NCBI GenBank assembly: GCA_032718475.1
Contig: JAUCBJ010007486.1
Span: 1-64,000 of the forward strand
Direction: 5' to 3'
Length of the DNA: 64,000 nt
Source: Nemertoderma westbladi
Lineage: Eukaryota > Animalia > Xenacoelomorpha
Shown here: one piece after another, positions 37,182-48,463 of the stretch
How positions within the stretch are numbered: position 1 is the first letter of the stretch
How the letters are laid out: every line of letters starts with the position of its first letter
Notes under the pieces: model-generated
The model's database searches: none
What the model was told of the DNA's origin: nothing
What the model saw: the letters and a program-made list of their open reading frames with translations, nothing else
Translations under genes and position numbers: made by a program

Positions 37182-40100
37182 TTAGCGACGCAAGTCTGTC
37201 GTAGTGCCGTCCGTACAATTGGACCACAGGGAGTGTGAAGGAGAGTTATCTATCGTAGTAGTCAATAAACTACATGTACTCAAAACATCGTCCTCCTGGT
37301 CACTTACCTCTAGTGAACGTATTGGTGCTCTAGTATACCAACCTATGGGAGTTCTACATGCGTAGGGGTTGCCCGCTGTAATAACAGATGGGCGTGTCTC
37401 CCATACCTGATGTAAGTTAAACTGGTCTGTCCCAATTAACATCGCAATGGAACGATAATTAACAGGACATTCCGGTATTCCAAGGTGTCGGAAATACTTA
37501 CGATCTTCCGGTGATTGCTCTGGCACAGGGCCGAGCAAGTTACTAAAGTCCTTCGTAGCTGCAAAGGTCAAATTTCTTACCGGAAGTAATGAGCGCTCCT
37601 CCTTGCTGTGTTCCGCTTTGGAAAGAAGAGTGTCTAAGGTTAGTTTTACTCTTGTCACAGGGATCGCTCTCTTACCATGCATGCTGCTTACAGTATACTG
37701 AGCAGTCTTACCTTGACTCATGTCCGTAACCACGTCGGCTACTTGTTCGTCGACATAACTATGCGATGACGCAGAGTCTAGGATAGCGTATATACGCTTG
37801 CTCCCTCGGGTTCCGGTAATCTTTATAGGAACCACGCTAAACCCTTTCAATTGGTTCTGTGTGAGGAGCGTTACCGATGGTTGTTCCTCACCCGCATGCA
37901 CGTAGAAAGTATCGTCTTCCTCCTCGTCCTCGTCCGATGATCCTGACTGATCCATACAGTCCGCGTAAAACGTACGGATCTCGCGCGGCGCACGCTCCTT
38001 ATATAATGCGTCGCATCTAGCCGCTTTATCTGGATGCTCTCGTCGAAAGCGTCTGGTCGGAGTATGACTAGTAGTGTGAAGTAACGCGTCATGGTTACGT
38101 CCACACAGAGGACATGTATCGTCGCTCGGGCAATCCTTCCGGACGTGTCCTGGCTTCGTACATCTCCAGCAAGAATCTAAAGATCGGATTTGGAGTCTCC
38201 TCTCCTCGATTCCCAACTCTTTAAAGGCGCGACATCCACGAAGTTTATGTCCGCTATGGTTTCTGCCGTTCCGCTCGCAGTATGAGCATCCCACAAAGTC
38301 CGCCGGCAACTGTTGTCGTGGCTGCGTGGTGCCGATAGGCGTCAGAACTTTAGAAGTCTCAGTAGGGGTGGCGTAGGTAACGGCTTTCGCGTTCGTCGGA
38401 AACGGTTTAGTCCGATTCGGCGCAGAAATAGCTATCCCTTCTGCCGCGATATGATGATCAGTATAGTTCGATCGGGTCTCGATCACGGCCTCCCGCGAAA
38501 TCAGTTGATAGACGTCAGTGAGTTTTAATAGCCCGCCGGCCTCTTCACGCTGGTACTCGATGCGACGCCATTCTCGTCGGAGTCGATGATGAAGTCGACC
38601 GATTATCCTGATGAGAACTGTCGGTGCGTTAGCGTACTCGAGTTGTCCAATGGACCGTAAAGTCCCTATAGCGTTTTTATTTCGTCCGCGAGTCGTAGAA
38701 GATCGATCGGTTTCGAAATGCTGCCTCCTCTACAGAGGTCTTCGATAATGGATTTAGCCATGGCGACGTTACCTCCGTAAATCGAATATAAACGGTCGTA
38801 CGCCAACTCAAAGGCATCGGGAACACCAATGAAGGTTTCCGCTAATCGTTTCGGCTCACCAGACAGGACTAGGAGCAAGTAATTAAACTTCTCCGTCGAG
38901 GTGAAAGCACACTTAGCGATCTGGGACTCTACGTAGTCTACCAGTGTGCGCCAGTGTTTCGCGTTGCCAGAGAACTTCGGCGGTTGCTGTGCCGGTAATC
39001 CGTGTCTAGCCGCGAATTTCGCAATCTCGCTAACCAAATCCAACTGTCCACGTCCCTGTTCGGTGGCGTCGTCCAGTCGCTCCCTTCCGCGCGTTGTTCG
39101 TCGGTAGGAATTATTAACGGGATCTTCTTCTCGATGGTTCGGAGTCTGTCTAGTCTCCTGTTCTCTCCTTGGTGATCGATGTTGTCTAGGTTGTTCTAAC
39201 TCCACGCTGGTTCGTGATCGATCCGACGGTTGTGTTTCGAGTCGTTCTTCGATTTGAGCTAGTCGGTCCGCCATCTCGGTGAACTGTTTGGCGTTAATCG
39301 CTTCCGCTGGTTGCAACGTGGGTTTCTGCAAAGGTGTTTCTCGTGGTGGATTGTCGATGTATGGGTTCGTTGATCATTCCTCCCGTTTGTAATCAGCCGC
39401 CGCTCCAGTACGGAATATTTCCCATTCCGTCGACTCCGAATCGCTGGATGAATCGCTGTCATCCGGATAAGGTGGTTGGCGGGTTCGCGTACGGCGTATT
39501 ACTCTTGGTCGAGTTCGTTGTGGTCTGGGATCTACGGCTCTCCGTTGTTCGGTAGGATCGCAAGCCTTCCACGAAGTCGTAGGTCTCGTTGAACTCGGTT
39601 CGATCCTGTGGGTATTACCCACATCCGTCGTCCTTCGTTGTTCGGTAGGCACGCAAGCCTTCCACGAAGTCGTAGGTCTCGATAAACACTGTGTGAGGGG
39701 TCTAGTAAAAACATCGGAGTTAAGTGCTACTGTAGGTTTATAAATGACTGGGTTCGCGCCGCACGTTACAGGTTTAACTTGTAATGGTTTACTCACCTGT
39801 TTTACTGTCATAAACGCAGGTTCGTCTCTCTCTACTAGTAAACTACGGCTTACAGTAGGTGGACTACTTATCTTACCTGCGAGAATCGGCGATGAAGTCG
39901 CTCGTGGCTGCGGAATTGATTCCGACATAACAAACCTATTCGCTTGCACGGGTGATATTTCCTTCGGTTTTGCAACCATAACCGGTGTTACTGGAGTCAT
40001 GGGTTTGAGCATAGGAATAACTTGGGGAAAACGTTTACAGTAATCCTCGACGAACGCCTCTCCTCGATCTATCGCTCCCACACTTCCTTCCTCGATTCGC

Positions 40101-41279
40101 TTCTGAATTCCGCGATATCGAGTCTCCATGCGATCCAGGGCAGACAAGTCGTGTCCAGCTCGAGACCTTATAGATCTATCTCTCGCGTCGAGTTCGAGGT
40201 CCTCTTGCGCGTTCGCCGCCTCGCGCGATCTATGATTTAGTTTGAACTGGAGCTGCATCTCCCTTTCGCGTCGATCTGCTATCTGTTGTTGCGCTGCTCA
40301 TTCCGCTTCCTGTATAGCTAAACGAGCGTTTATTTGTCGCGCCTCCAACTTGGCACGAGCGTCGGATGCTGCTTTCTTCCATGCAAACTCAGCTGCGTTT
40401 ACTGCCGCAACTCGTGCTAACTCATCGGCTGCCGCCGCCCGTCGTGCTAACTCGTCGGCTGCTGCCGCTGCGGCCGCTTCTCGCGCTAAGTCCTCTTCCA
40501 GTCTCCGCATTTCTGAAGCTTCAAATTCGGCTTGAGCCTGGAGTTTCGTAAAGTTTGCTACATCGTCTCTACGCTGTCTTTCTCCTTCAGCCGCAATCTG
40601 TGCCAACTGCCGTTGCGTTTCTTCCTCAGTGACTTGTTGTCGGCGTGCGACCTCCTGTTGTTGTCGAGTAATTACAGACGCTGTCCTACTAACGTCGCCA
40701 ACGTCGCTCCGTACACTAACGAACGATCTATCCAGTGGTGGAATTTGGTAGGCTCGCGAGCCTTCCGTAGTAAGAACTTCCGTCGTCCCTCGCGGTTCGA
40801 CTTCCGGTTCTTCGATCGGTACGCCGCATCTACGAAGAAAATTGGTGAGCGTCTCTAACCTCCCGTCCAGGCAGTAGAGTTCTTCTTCCTCTTCGGGTTG
40901 TAACAACGCGTCCGAAACTGACTCACCTAGCAGTTAGTCGAACTGCTCCTGTTGAGCCAATCTTATCACCGACTTAAACTGGATAAGGCTTTCTCTCGCA
41001 CTTACCAACTTGTCTATTATCTTTACCTGAGTAAAGTTATCGCCACGCAACTCTGCAAGTTCGTATAAACCTTTAAGTTTATCTACGGAGGCATGTACCC
41101 TCTACCTTCTATCCTTACCTGTAAGGTGTAGAACTCGTATCTCGACATCGGGGTGGTTAACTCGCGTAAAACGCGAAAACCTTCTCCGAGGTTCCGAGTA
41201 ATCTGGGCCATGTGTCCTCCTATACTCCTAATAACGTTCTCCTGGCTTCCAGTCGAACTTACCATGTCCGGTTCCCGCG
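37182..41279 (-). pseudogene. Element A gag-protease, several stops; N-terminus lies at 47310-47511 beyond the LINE
   Basis: KFSGNAKHW...EKFNYL; CSYC..H...C / CWRCTKPGHVRKDC / CPLCGRNHDALLH; protease AILDSAS; frame restored across the LINE (...FLTVP-REPDMVSS...). Confidence 0.9.
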
Positions 41280-41617
41280 ATCTGGTCAGCAGTATGTGTG
41301 TGCTCTGATTGTCTGCTGTTGTGTTGCAAATACCGGTATTGAATTAGGCCTAATGGCCCCATTTTGAACTCTTTAATTATTGAGATGCGCATCCATATTG
41401 CCATGATCCTGCCCACTGCCTGAGCCATAAACCACTCTACGCTGACTTTAATCAAGTACTCTGTCAGTCTGTACTCGCCTGATACCAGTAATTCGTGGGA
41501 CCTCCGGAACTGGGAATTTTCAAATTGTAGTCTGCCAATCAACCTACAATCAGTGACTGACCTACTCTTCTCGACTTCTGTAGGCTGAATCTGTGGAAAA
41601 GGCAGAAAGGCCTAGTT

Positions 41618-42367
41618 ATGCCTACGTGGAAAGATGTGGGCGAGGAAATCCTCGCCCGTCTTGACGATCTACAACAGGGCCAGTCTGACATAATAAAAGA
41701 CGTTCGCGAATCACGATCTGAAATCGTTGCAGTTTGTTCGAGATTGGATAATCTCGAAACCAACAATCGAGTAATTACCGAGACCAATACAACAATACAG
41801 AGACAACAGGCGGAACTCCATCACGATAACGAAGAGCTTACCTCTTATCAACGACGCCACAACATACTTGTTCATCACCTTCCAGAGGTGGTCAGCCCCG
41901 ACGAAGAGCGTCATCAGCTTATCTCAGAAGTGCTATCCCCTCTAAACCTCTCGATTAGTGACGTTGATTTGTACCACAGGTTAGGTAAAACATCGAAGCC
42001 GACTGGTCCCTCGGCCACACATTCGTCTTCTTTAACAAGCGAGCCACCAAAACCTCGTCTATTAATTATTCGGTTCTACGGCCACAGCGCTCGTATAACT
42101 GCCTTGGTTAATAAGAAAAAGTTGAAGCGTCCTTTATCGATTACGGAACATCTTACCCCCACGGGCTCGAAATTAATTACCCGCGTGCGCGAATTACATC
42201 GGGCTAAGTTAATATTCTCTTACTTCACACGCAATGGATCTGTATTTGTTTGCACCGCGGAGAAATCGATACCAAAGAAGATATGTTCGGATTCTGATGT
42301 TGTGGCTATTCGTGCCCTCCAAGTCAGTCCATCCCATATGGTCAATGAAGGGAACAGGATCAGGTAA
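41618..42367 (+). CDS. LINE ORF1 (coiled coil plus RRM-like domain)
   Basis: Heptad-rich N-terminus, RRHNILVHHLPE, HRLGK, PRLLIIRF, ITEHLT motifs. Confidence 0.85.
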   Translation: MPTWKDVGEEILARLDDLQQGQSDIIKDVRESRSEIVAVCSRLDNLETNNRVITETNTTIQRQQAELHHDNEELTSYQRRHNILVHHLPEVVSPDEERHQLISEVLSPLNLSISDVDLYHRLGKTSKPTGPSATHSSSLTSEPPKPRLLIIRFYGHSARITALVNKKKLKRPLSITEHLTPTGSKLITRVRELHRAKLIFSYFTRNGSVFVCTAEKSIPKKICSDSDVVAIRALQVSPSHMVNEGNRIR

Positions 42368-42807
42368 TTTATCTTACTGGTTTTTTTGTTAAATTGGTAT
42401 GACCCACCAATTTCTTGGGTTTAGCTAACATACTGCTATAATGAATGTTCCGAGCTGTATTTCGACGTTGATGCTTTCCCCAAACATTAAAATCTCTACA
42501 TACTGGTATAAATCTGCATGTCTGTCAGTCCATTTATTTTTCTATTGTAGTCTTACTCATTACTATTAGAGCCTATATAACAGTAACAAGTGAATATGCT
42601 GTTAGTCCGGAAAATTTGAAGTTGCATTTTGGTTTATTTTTCTATTATTGGCTAAGTCTTGATTTATTATTATTTCTTTTTTTGATTTATTTTTATTTCT
42701 TTACCTTCTGGTAATATAGGCTAGAAGGGCTGCGATATATAATGCCAATACTGTACCATTATGTACTAGGGCCTATATCAGTATATCGGTGATATATTAA
42801 ACTAATA

Positions 42808-43263
42808 GGTGTTATACCGTTAGTATGGGCAATAATAGAAGTTTAACCTATGTATTTCTATTTTATATATATATATTCAGGGTACGATATATTATACTAT
42901 CACGGTACAATATGTTGTACTATTACGTGTTATACCGTTAGTATGGGCTTTATATAATAGAAGTTTAAACTATGTATTTCTATTTTATATATATATATTC
43001 AGGGTACGATATATTATACTATCATGGTACAATATGTTGTACTATTACGTGTTATACCGTTAGTATGGGCTTTATATAATAGAAGTTTAAACTATGTATT
43101 TCTATTTTATATATATATATTCAGGGTACGATATATTATACTATCACGGTACAATATGTTGTACTATTACGTGTTATACCGTTAGTATGGGCTTTATATA
43201 ATAGAAGTTTAAACTATGTATTTCTATTTTTTATATATATTCAGGGCACGATATATTATACTA
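42808..43263. repeat. ~120-bp AT-rich tandem repeat, about 4 copies, in the LINE inter-ORF spacer
   Basis: GTGTTATACCGTTAGTATGGGC...TTCAGGGTACGATATATTATACTATC repeated. Confidence 0.9.
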
Positions 43264-43535
43264 AATACTTTTTATACCGGTGGTTTGGGCTATATATATA
43301 TATTAGAACCTTATTTAGGACATCAATATGTAATTTGTGTATATAATGCGTATTACGTGTAAAACATTTAATTCTGGTCCACGTTTAGTGTATCATATAT
43401 GACATGTGTTATACCGGATATATACTATAATAGATTATAGGTAGATACCGGTATATACCACATTGGTTGCTGGGGAATGTAATTTGAATTTTAGCGGCCA
43501 CTTAAGATAAATATTGCAACATAACACATTGTATA

Positions 43536-46500
43536 ATGCAACAAATTGCGTCAGACACTAATTCTAGTGGTAGTGCGACGACGGCTGTTGGCATTGGGTG
43601 CGGTCTTTGTTTTTCAACTTTTCAAAATTCAGATTTAATTATCAACTGCAATCTTTGTAAACAGAAATATCACCGACAATGTGGTTCATTCTTTGAGACT
43701 ATCGATTTTTCAGACACTACCATTTTATCACACTGGTGCAATTTTTGTTATCATTATCTATTTCCTTTTGGTAGTGTTGAAAATGACGATCTCGATATAT
43801 TTTCTAATGAAACGGGTGAAGTTAATTGTGAAGACATACAGGCTGCTGGCAACATCTTTAGTGATATTAATCCTGACGATAACTTGAATTGCAATTTGAT
43901 TCTAGGGGATTACTTTAATGAAACAATATTTGATAACCAATTTTACGGAAATGACAGCAGATCGAATTTTTCATTAATGCATTTAAATTGCAGGAGCTTA
44001 AACGCAAATATATGTGCAATAACAAATTTTTTGGAATCTATGAATGCCAATTTCGACATTCTGACTTTTTCTGAAACGTTTTTAACTAAAGATAGTGTAT
44101 TAAATGAAGTTGCCGTTCGTGGTTTTAAGGAACCTTACTGTGATTTTCGAAAATGGGGTAAGAGACTAGCCAGAGGAGGCACGGCTATTTATGCGCGCTC
44201 CGATTTAGAAACATCAATACGACCCGACCTTCATTTCAACGGCCCTGAAAATTGCTGGATAGAAGTGGCGAGGCCTCACCCTAATAAGCCCTTAATAATT
44301 GGATGTATTTATCGCTCAGACGAAATAGAATTTGATAGTTTTAATAAAGGTTTTAATGATACACTTTCCAAATTGGCCTCAACAAATTACGACGTTGTTA
44401 TAACCGGTGATTATAATATTGATGTTTCTAAACCAAATAAGCCTCGTACTAGTGAATATATTAATACAATATCTTCTAACGGCTTCACTCAAACTATAAA
44501 CCAACATACTCGTATCACTCCCTATTCTAGATCTACTATAGACCACATCCTTTGTAACATACACTCATCTATTTGCTCACCTGGTGTATTTTTAACAGAA
44601 ACTGGTACTACCGACCACCTTCCTACTTTCATGGTTTTAACTGATTATTCTATGTTTTTTCTTCCTCCTGATACAAAGCGCACTTACGATTACTCGCAAT
44701 TTAATAAAGATAGGTTTACTAATGATGTACGAAACTTTTCCTTTAGATATTCAGCTAATAACACCCCTGACAAACTTAAACTAGAAAGTTTTTATGATGA
44801 CTTCACAAATATTTGCAAGGATAACCTTCCCTCCGTGGTTGTACAAAAACGAGATGTTCCAAAGAAATCTTGGCTCACAAAATCGCTAATTTTAGGAATA
44901 AAAAAGAAAAACTTATTATACGCAATATATTCTAAATCACCCACAACTGAAAATCATAATCGTTATAAATTATACAGAAATAAATTAACCACACTACTTA
45001 GAGCAGCTGAAAAACAATACTACAACTCCGAATTCAATAAAAATTCTAATAATATGCGTAAGACTTGGAAAACATTAAACTCTTTATTACACCGTTCTGC
45101 AAAAACATCAACACCAAAGAGATTAAACGTGGACAAAGACGGGGAAATTATTTCTCTCTCCAATCCAGCTGATATAGCCAACGCCTTTAACAATTTCTTT
45201 TCCAACATTGGTCCTCAACTTGCTTCACAATTTGCTTCAAGTTCTCGTTGTCCTACTCGCCATGTAAGACATTCCAAATCCAATTCCTTCGGACTTTCAG
45301 AAACATCTCCCGCTGAAATTCATTACATCATTTTACAATTAGATGAGAAGTGCGCCTCCAATGACGATTTTCCGATTTCTTTAGTAAAGCTTGCGGCCCC
45401 ATTTATATCTACTCATTTATGTAGCTTGATTAATCTCAGTTTACGACTAGGGCATTTTCCTGATTGTCTTAAGTTAGCAAAGGTCATTCCAGCTTATAAG
45501 GGTGGTAACCCATTTCTTCCTACAAACTACCGTCCAATCTCCCTCCTCCCTGTTTTCCATAAAATTTTCGAAACAGTTTTATACAACCAGCTTATAGCAT
45601 ACCTTAATAAATTCAATGTAATTTCGCGTAATCAATTCGGCTTCCGGAAAAAATTCACCACATCATATGCAGTAATAAATATAGTGGAGTCAATTCGAAA
45701 TGCTCTCGATAATCATCAATCCTCTTGTTTAGTATATATAGACCTCCGTAAGGCATTTGATACTCTTGACCACTCCATCCTTATAAAGAAACTTCAGTCA
45801 TATGGTATACGCGGTACCCCTCTGTCGATTTTCTCAGATTACTTATCCAATCGTAAACAGTTTGTTTCATTAGGTGTTACGTCATCTTTAGTTAATTCAA
45901 TCACCTGTGGTATCCCGCAAGGTTCGGTACTAGGCCCAATTCTTTTTTTACTTTATATAAATGATCTCCCAAATGCAACCTCTCTCATTGCCACTCTGTT
46001 TGCAGACGATACATCTCTCATGTTCCACGATAGTAACATAACCAGATTAACTAATACTATAAGTACCGAAAGTAATTTAATTAATGATTGGCTGATAGAT
46101 AATAAATTAACCTTAAACACCGATAAAACAGAATACTCCATATTTACATTCTCGCAAAATTTCAACTTACCAAGCACAACAATTAATATCAACAACAAAC
46201 CCATCAGATACACGTCCGCTGCAAAATACTTAGGCATAATTATAGATGATAAACTCACATTTAAGGCGCACATTAAATACATACTTAAAAAAATTTCTAA
46301 AACAGGTGGACTGTTCTATAAACTTCGACATATACTTTCTAGAGAGTTACTCCGCATGCTTTTTAATACATTAATTTATCCTTACATTTTCTATGGCTTG
46401 ATTGTTTGGGGCGGCACTTACAAGTCAAACACAGATCCTTTGAAAATAAAAATCAATAAGATATTGCGTTGTATCACATTTAATCATTCTCAATCCTCAT

Positions 46501-46826
46501 CCTATCCCATCTACCAACAATTACGTATCCTACCTCTAGATCTCCTCTATAAATACCAGGTGCTAATACTCATGTTTGAAGTCCATAATAATCCATCTCA
46601 CCCTCTAGCTTACCTCTTTACTAAAGCCTCTTCGGTTCACTCATATAATACTCGCTCTGCTTCCTCTGGCCTGTATCATTTACCTCCGGCTCGTTTGGAT
46701 GTTCGCCATCTTTCATTATCTATGCAAGGGCCACTTTTGTGGAACTCATTATCACAACTTATTAGGGACAGTCGAAACCTGGCGATATTTAAGAAAAAAT
46801 TAAAATACCACTTACTGCAGATATGA
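43536..46826 (+). CDS. LINE ORF2: PHD-like finger, APE endonuclease and reverse transcriptase (1096 aa, intact)
   Basis: CGLC...CNLCKQKYHRQC...CNFC; HLNCRSL, SET, GDYN, IDH, TDH; YRPISLL, QFGFR, DLRKAFD, GIPQGSVLGP, FADDT, KYLG. Confidence 0.95.
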   Translation: MQQIASDTNSSGSATTAVGIGCGLCFSTFQNSDLIINCNLCKQKYHRQCGSFFETIDFSDTTILSHWCNFCYHYLFPFGSVENDDLDIFSNETGEVNCEDIQAAGNIFSDINPDDNLNCNLILGDYFNETIFDNQFYGNDSRSNFSLMHLNCRSLNANICAITNFLESMNANFDILTFSETFLTKDSVLNEVAVRGFKEPYCDFRKWGKRLARGGTAIYARSDLETSIRPDLHFNGPENCWIEVARPHPNKPLIIGCIYRSDEIEFDSFNKGFNDTLSKLASTNYDVVITGDYNIDVSKPNKPRTSEYINTISSNGFTQTINQHTRITPYSRSTIDHILCNIHSSICSPGVFLTETGTTDHLPTFMVLTDYSMFFLPPDTKRTYDYSQFNKDRFTNDVRNFSFRYSANNTPDKLKLESFYDDFTNICKDNLPSVVVQKRDVPKKSWLTKSLILGIKKKNLLYAIYSKSPTTENHNRYKLYRNKLTTLLRAAEKQYYNSEFNKNSNNMRKTWKTLNSLLHRSAKTSTPKRLNVDKDGEIISLSNPADIANAFNNFFSNIGPQLASQFASSSRCPTRHVRHSKSNSFGLSETSPAEIHYIILQLDEKCASNDDFPISLVKLAAPFISTHLCSLINLSLRLGHFPDCLKLAKVIPAYKGGNPFLPTNYRPISLLPVFHKIFETVLYNQLIAYLNKFNVISRNQFGFRKKFTTSYAVINIVESIRNALDNHQSSCLVYIDLRKAFDTLDHSILIKKLQSYGIRGTPLSIFSDYLSNRKQFVSLGVTSSLVNSITCGIPQGSVLGPILFLLYINDLPNATSLIATLFADDTSLMFHDSNITRLTNTISTESNLINDWLIDNKLTLNTDKTEYSIFTFSQNFNLPSTTININNKPIRYTSAAKYLGIIIDDKLTFKAHIKYILKKISKTGGLFYKLRHILSRELLRMLFNTLIYPYIFYGLIVWGGTYKSNTDPLKIKINKILRCITFNHSQSSSYPIYQQLRILPLDLLYKYQVLILMFEVHNNPSHPLAYLFTKASSVHSYNTRSASSGLYHLPPARLDVRHLSLSMQGPLLWNSLSQLIRDSRNLAIFKKKLKYHLLQI

Positions 46827-48453
46827 TTAAACCATTTCAATTTCAATAGCATACATATATTTTTTCATTATCCTTTTTTCATATACATTCTCCCCAATTG
46901 GTTATCAACAACTTGCGTTATATAAATATATTTTCCTTTACATATTTTGCGTCATATATATAGTTTCATACTTTTTTTCTTTACATATACATTCTCCCCT
47001 ATTGGTTATCATCAGTTTGCTATGCAGTCTTGTACATACCACAAATTTATTTTTTTACATGCAGGAAAAAACAAATATTTATAAAATTCCGACAGCAGTC
47101 AACCGCACCGCACCCACCTATCTGTATAATTAAATTTACTTTAAACATTCTAGAACTCTCCAGATGCAGGGGTGAGCTAAAACTACACTAGCTATGCTAT
47201 AGCGGAAGCTCACACCAATCAACCCAGCAATCAATTTTGTAGGGTATTGTGCGTTATTTTTATTTTATAATTTTGGAGGAAATAAATAAATAAGAATAAA
47301 AAATAAGCGGGACGGTAAGGAAATCTTCGATTCTGCCGTCGCCATGCGTTGCGGCTTCCGGTATTTCCGTTCGGGGTACCGGCGATGCACGCGGTGTGAC
47401 ATCGGTGGAATCTCGGGTTCTCCTTCTCGGTTCGTCTACTGTCGATCTGTCCGGGTCGCACGAGTCATAGTCGGTAGGTGGGTATCGAGTCGAATGGGGT
47501 GTGTCACTCATGTCTTATTATATACGTCAAGTACGGGTAATAAAATGTCAAAGTATCTGAGTGTTGAAATGTCAAACTTACCTTGATATATATAGTATAT
47601 ATATACCCTAACTGGTACAAATAAATCAACAAGTCAGAAATGTCGAAATGTCAAAATGTCAAAATGTCAAACTTACCTTGATATATATATATATCATATA
47701 TATACCCTAACCGGTACAAATAAAACTAACAAAGTATATAATAAAATAAGTAATAATCTAGCCTACCGGCTAAATTTGTACGAATAAATGAGATAACGGT
47801 ATACGTTACCAAAATGTAGATCAACAAGTACAAATAATAGGCAAAACAGCAACGTCTAATGGGAAAATAAGTACCAACAACACTACTATTAGACAGTGAA
47901 ACCCACAAATTGTGAGTACTACTGTGCTTTCTTAAGTTTGAACGACACGAGTCGTAAAACTTACGTTCCTTTGATCTTCCAGTCGTGCAAATTCCCAAAT
48001 ACAAACCGGACGTGGGTCGTTCCGTTTTTCGGCGGCGTGGACGAATTTATTGTCTCCCAAACTTTGCGAAAAGCGGTCTAATCCTCGAAGCGGTCCAGAA
48101 ATGAGTCCTTGAGTCCTGAAAGGTCGAAGGTGAGAGTTTTACTTCTACACTACAAAAAATCTTCCTAAGTACCGATACAACTTGGTCTTTAAACCCTATG
48201 TACCTTTTCAAGTACCGAAAAGTAACACCGCATACACACGGCGTAAAACAAGATGCTACAAACTAACTATTAGCTAGTCAAATATTAAATACGAAACTAC
48301 TAGCTACCCTAAAGGCCTACTGAAGCAGGGGACGTTTTACAAATTACTAAATTTACTAACCTTAAATTTTAAATATCTCCTACTTACAATAGCTAACAGT
48401 ATGTGAGAGACCTCACGGTTGGGATATATATTTCCTACTTTCGTAAGAATAAA

Positions 48454-48463
48454 TATACCTCAC
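48454..48463 (-). promoter_or_regulatory. PBS-position sequence of element A, complementary to its own LTR
   Basis: Minus-strand GTGAGGTATA abuts the 5' LTR; its reverse complement lies in the LTR at 49803-49812 and 17870-17879. Confidence 0.7.

Larger units (their letters stand above)
41280..47306 (+). mobile_element. Full-length CR1/L2-group LINE (Crack/Daphne-like) inserted in gag of element A
   Basis: Two ORFs, 3' UTR stem-loop at ~47169-47216, (AATA)n-type tail, short GCG duplication at 41277-41279 and 47307-47309. Confidence 0.9.
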
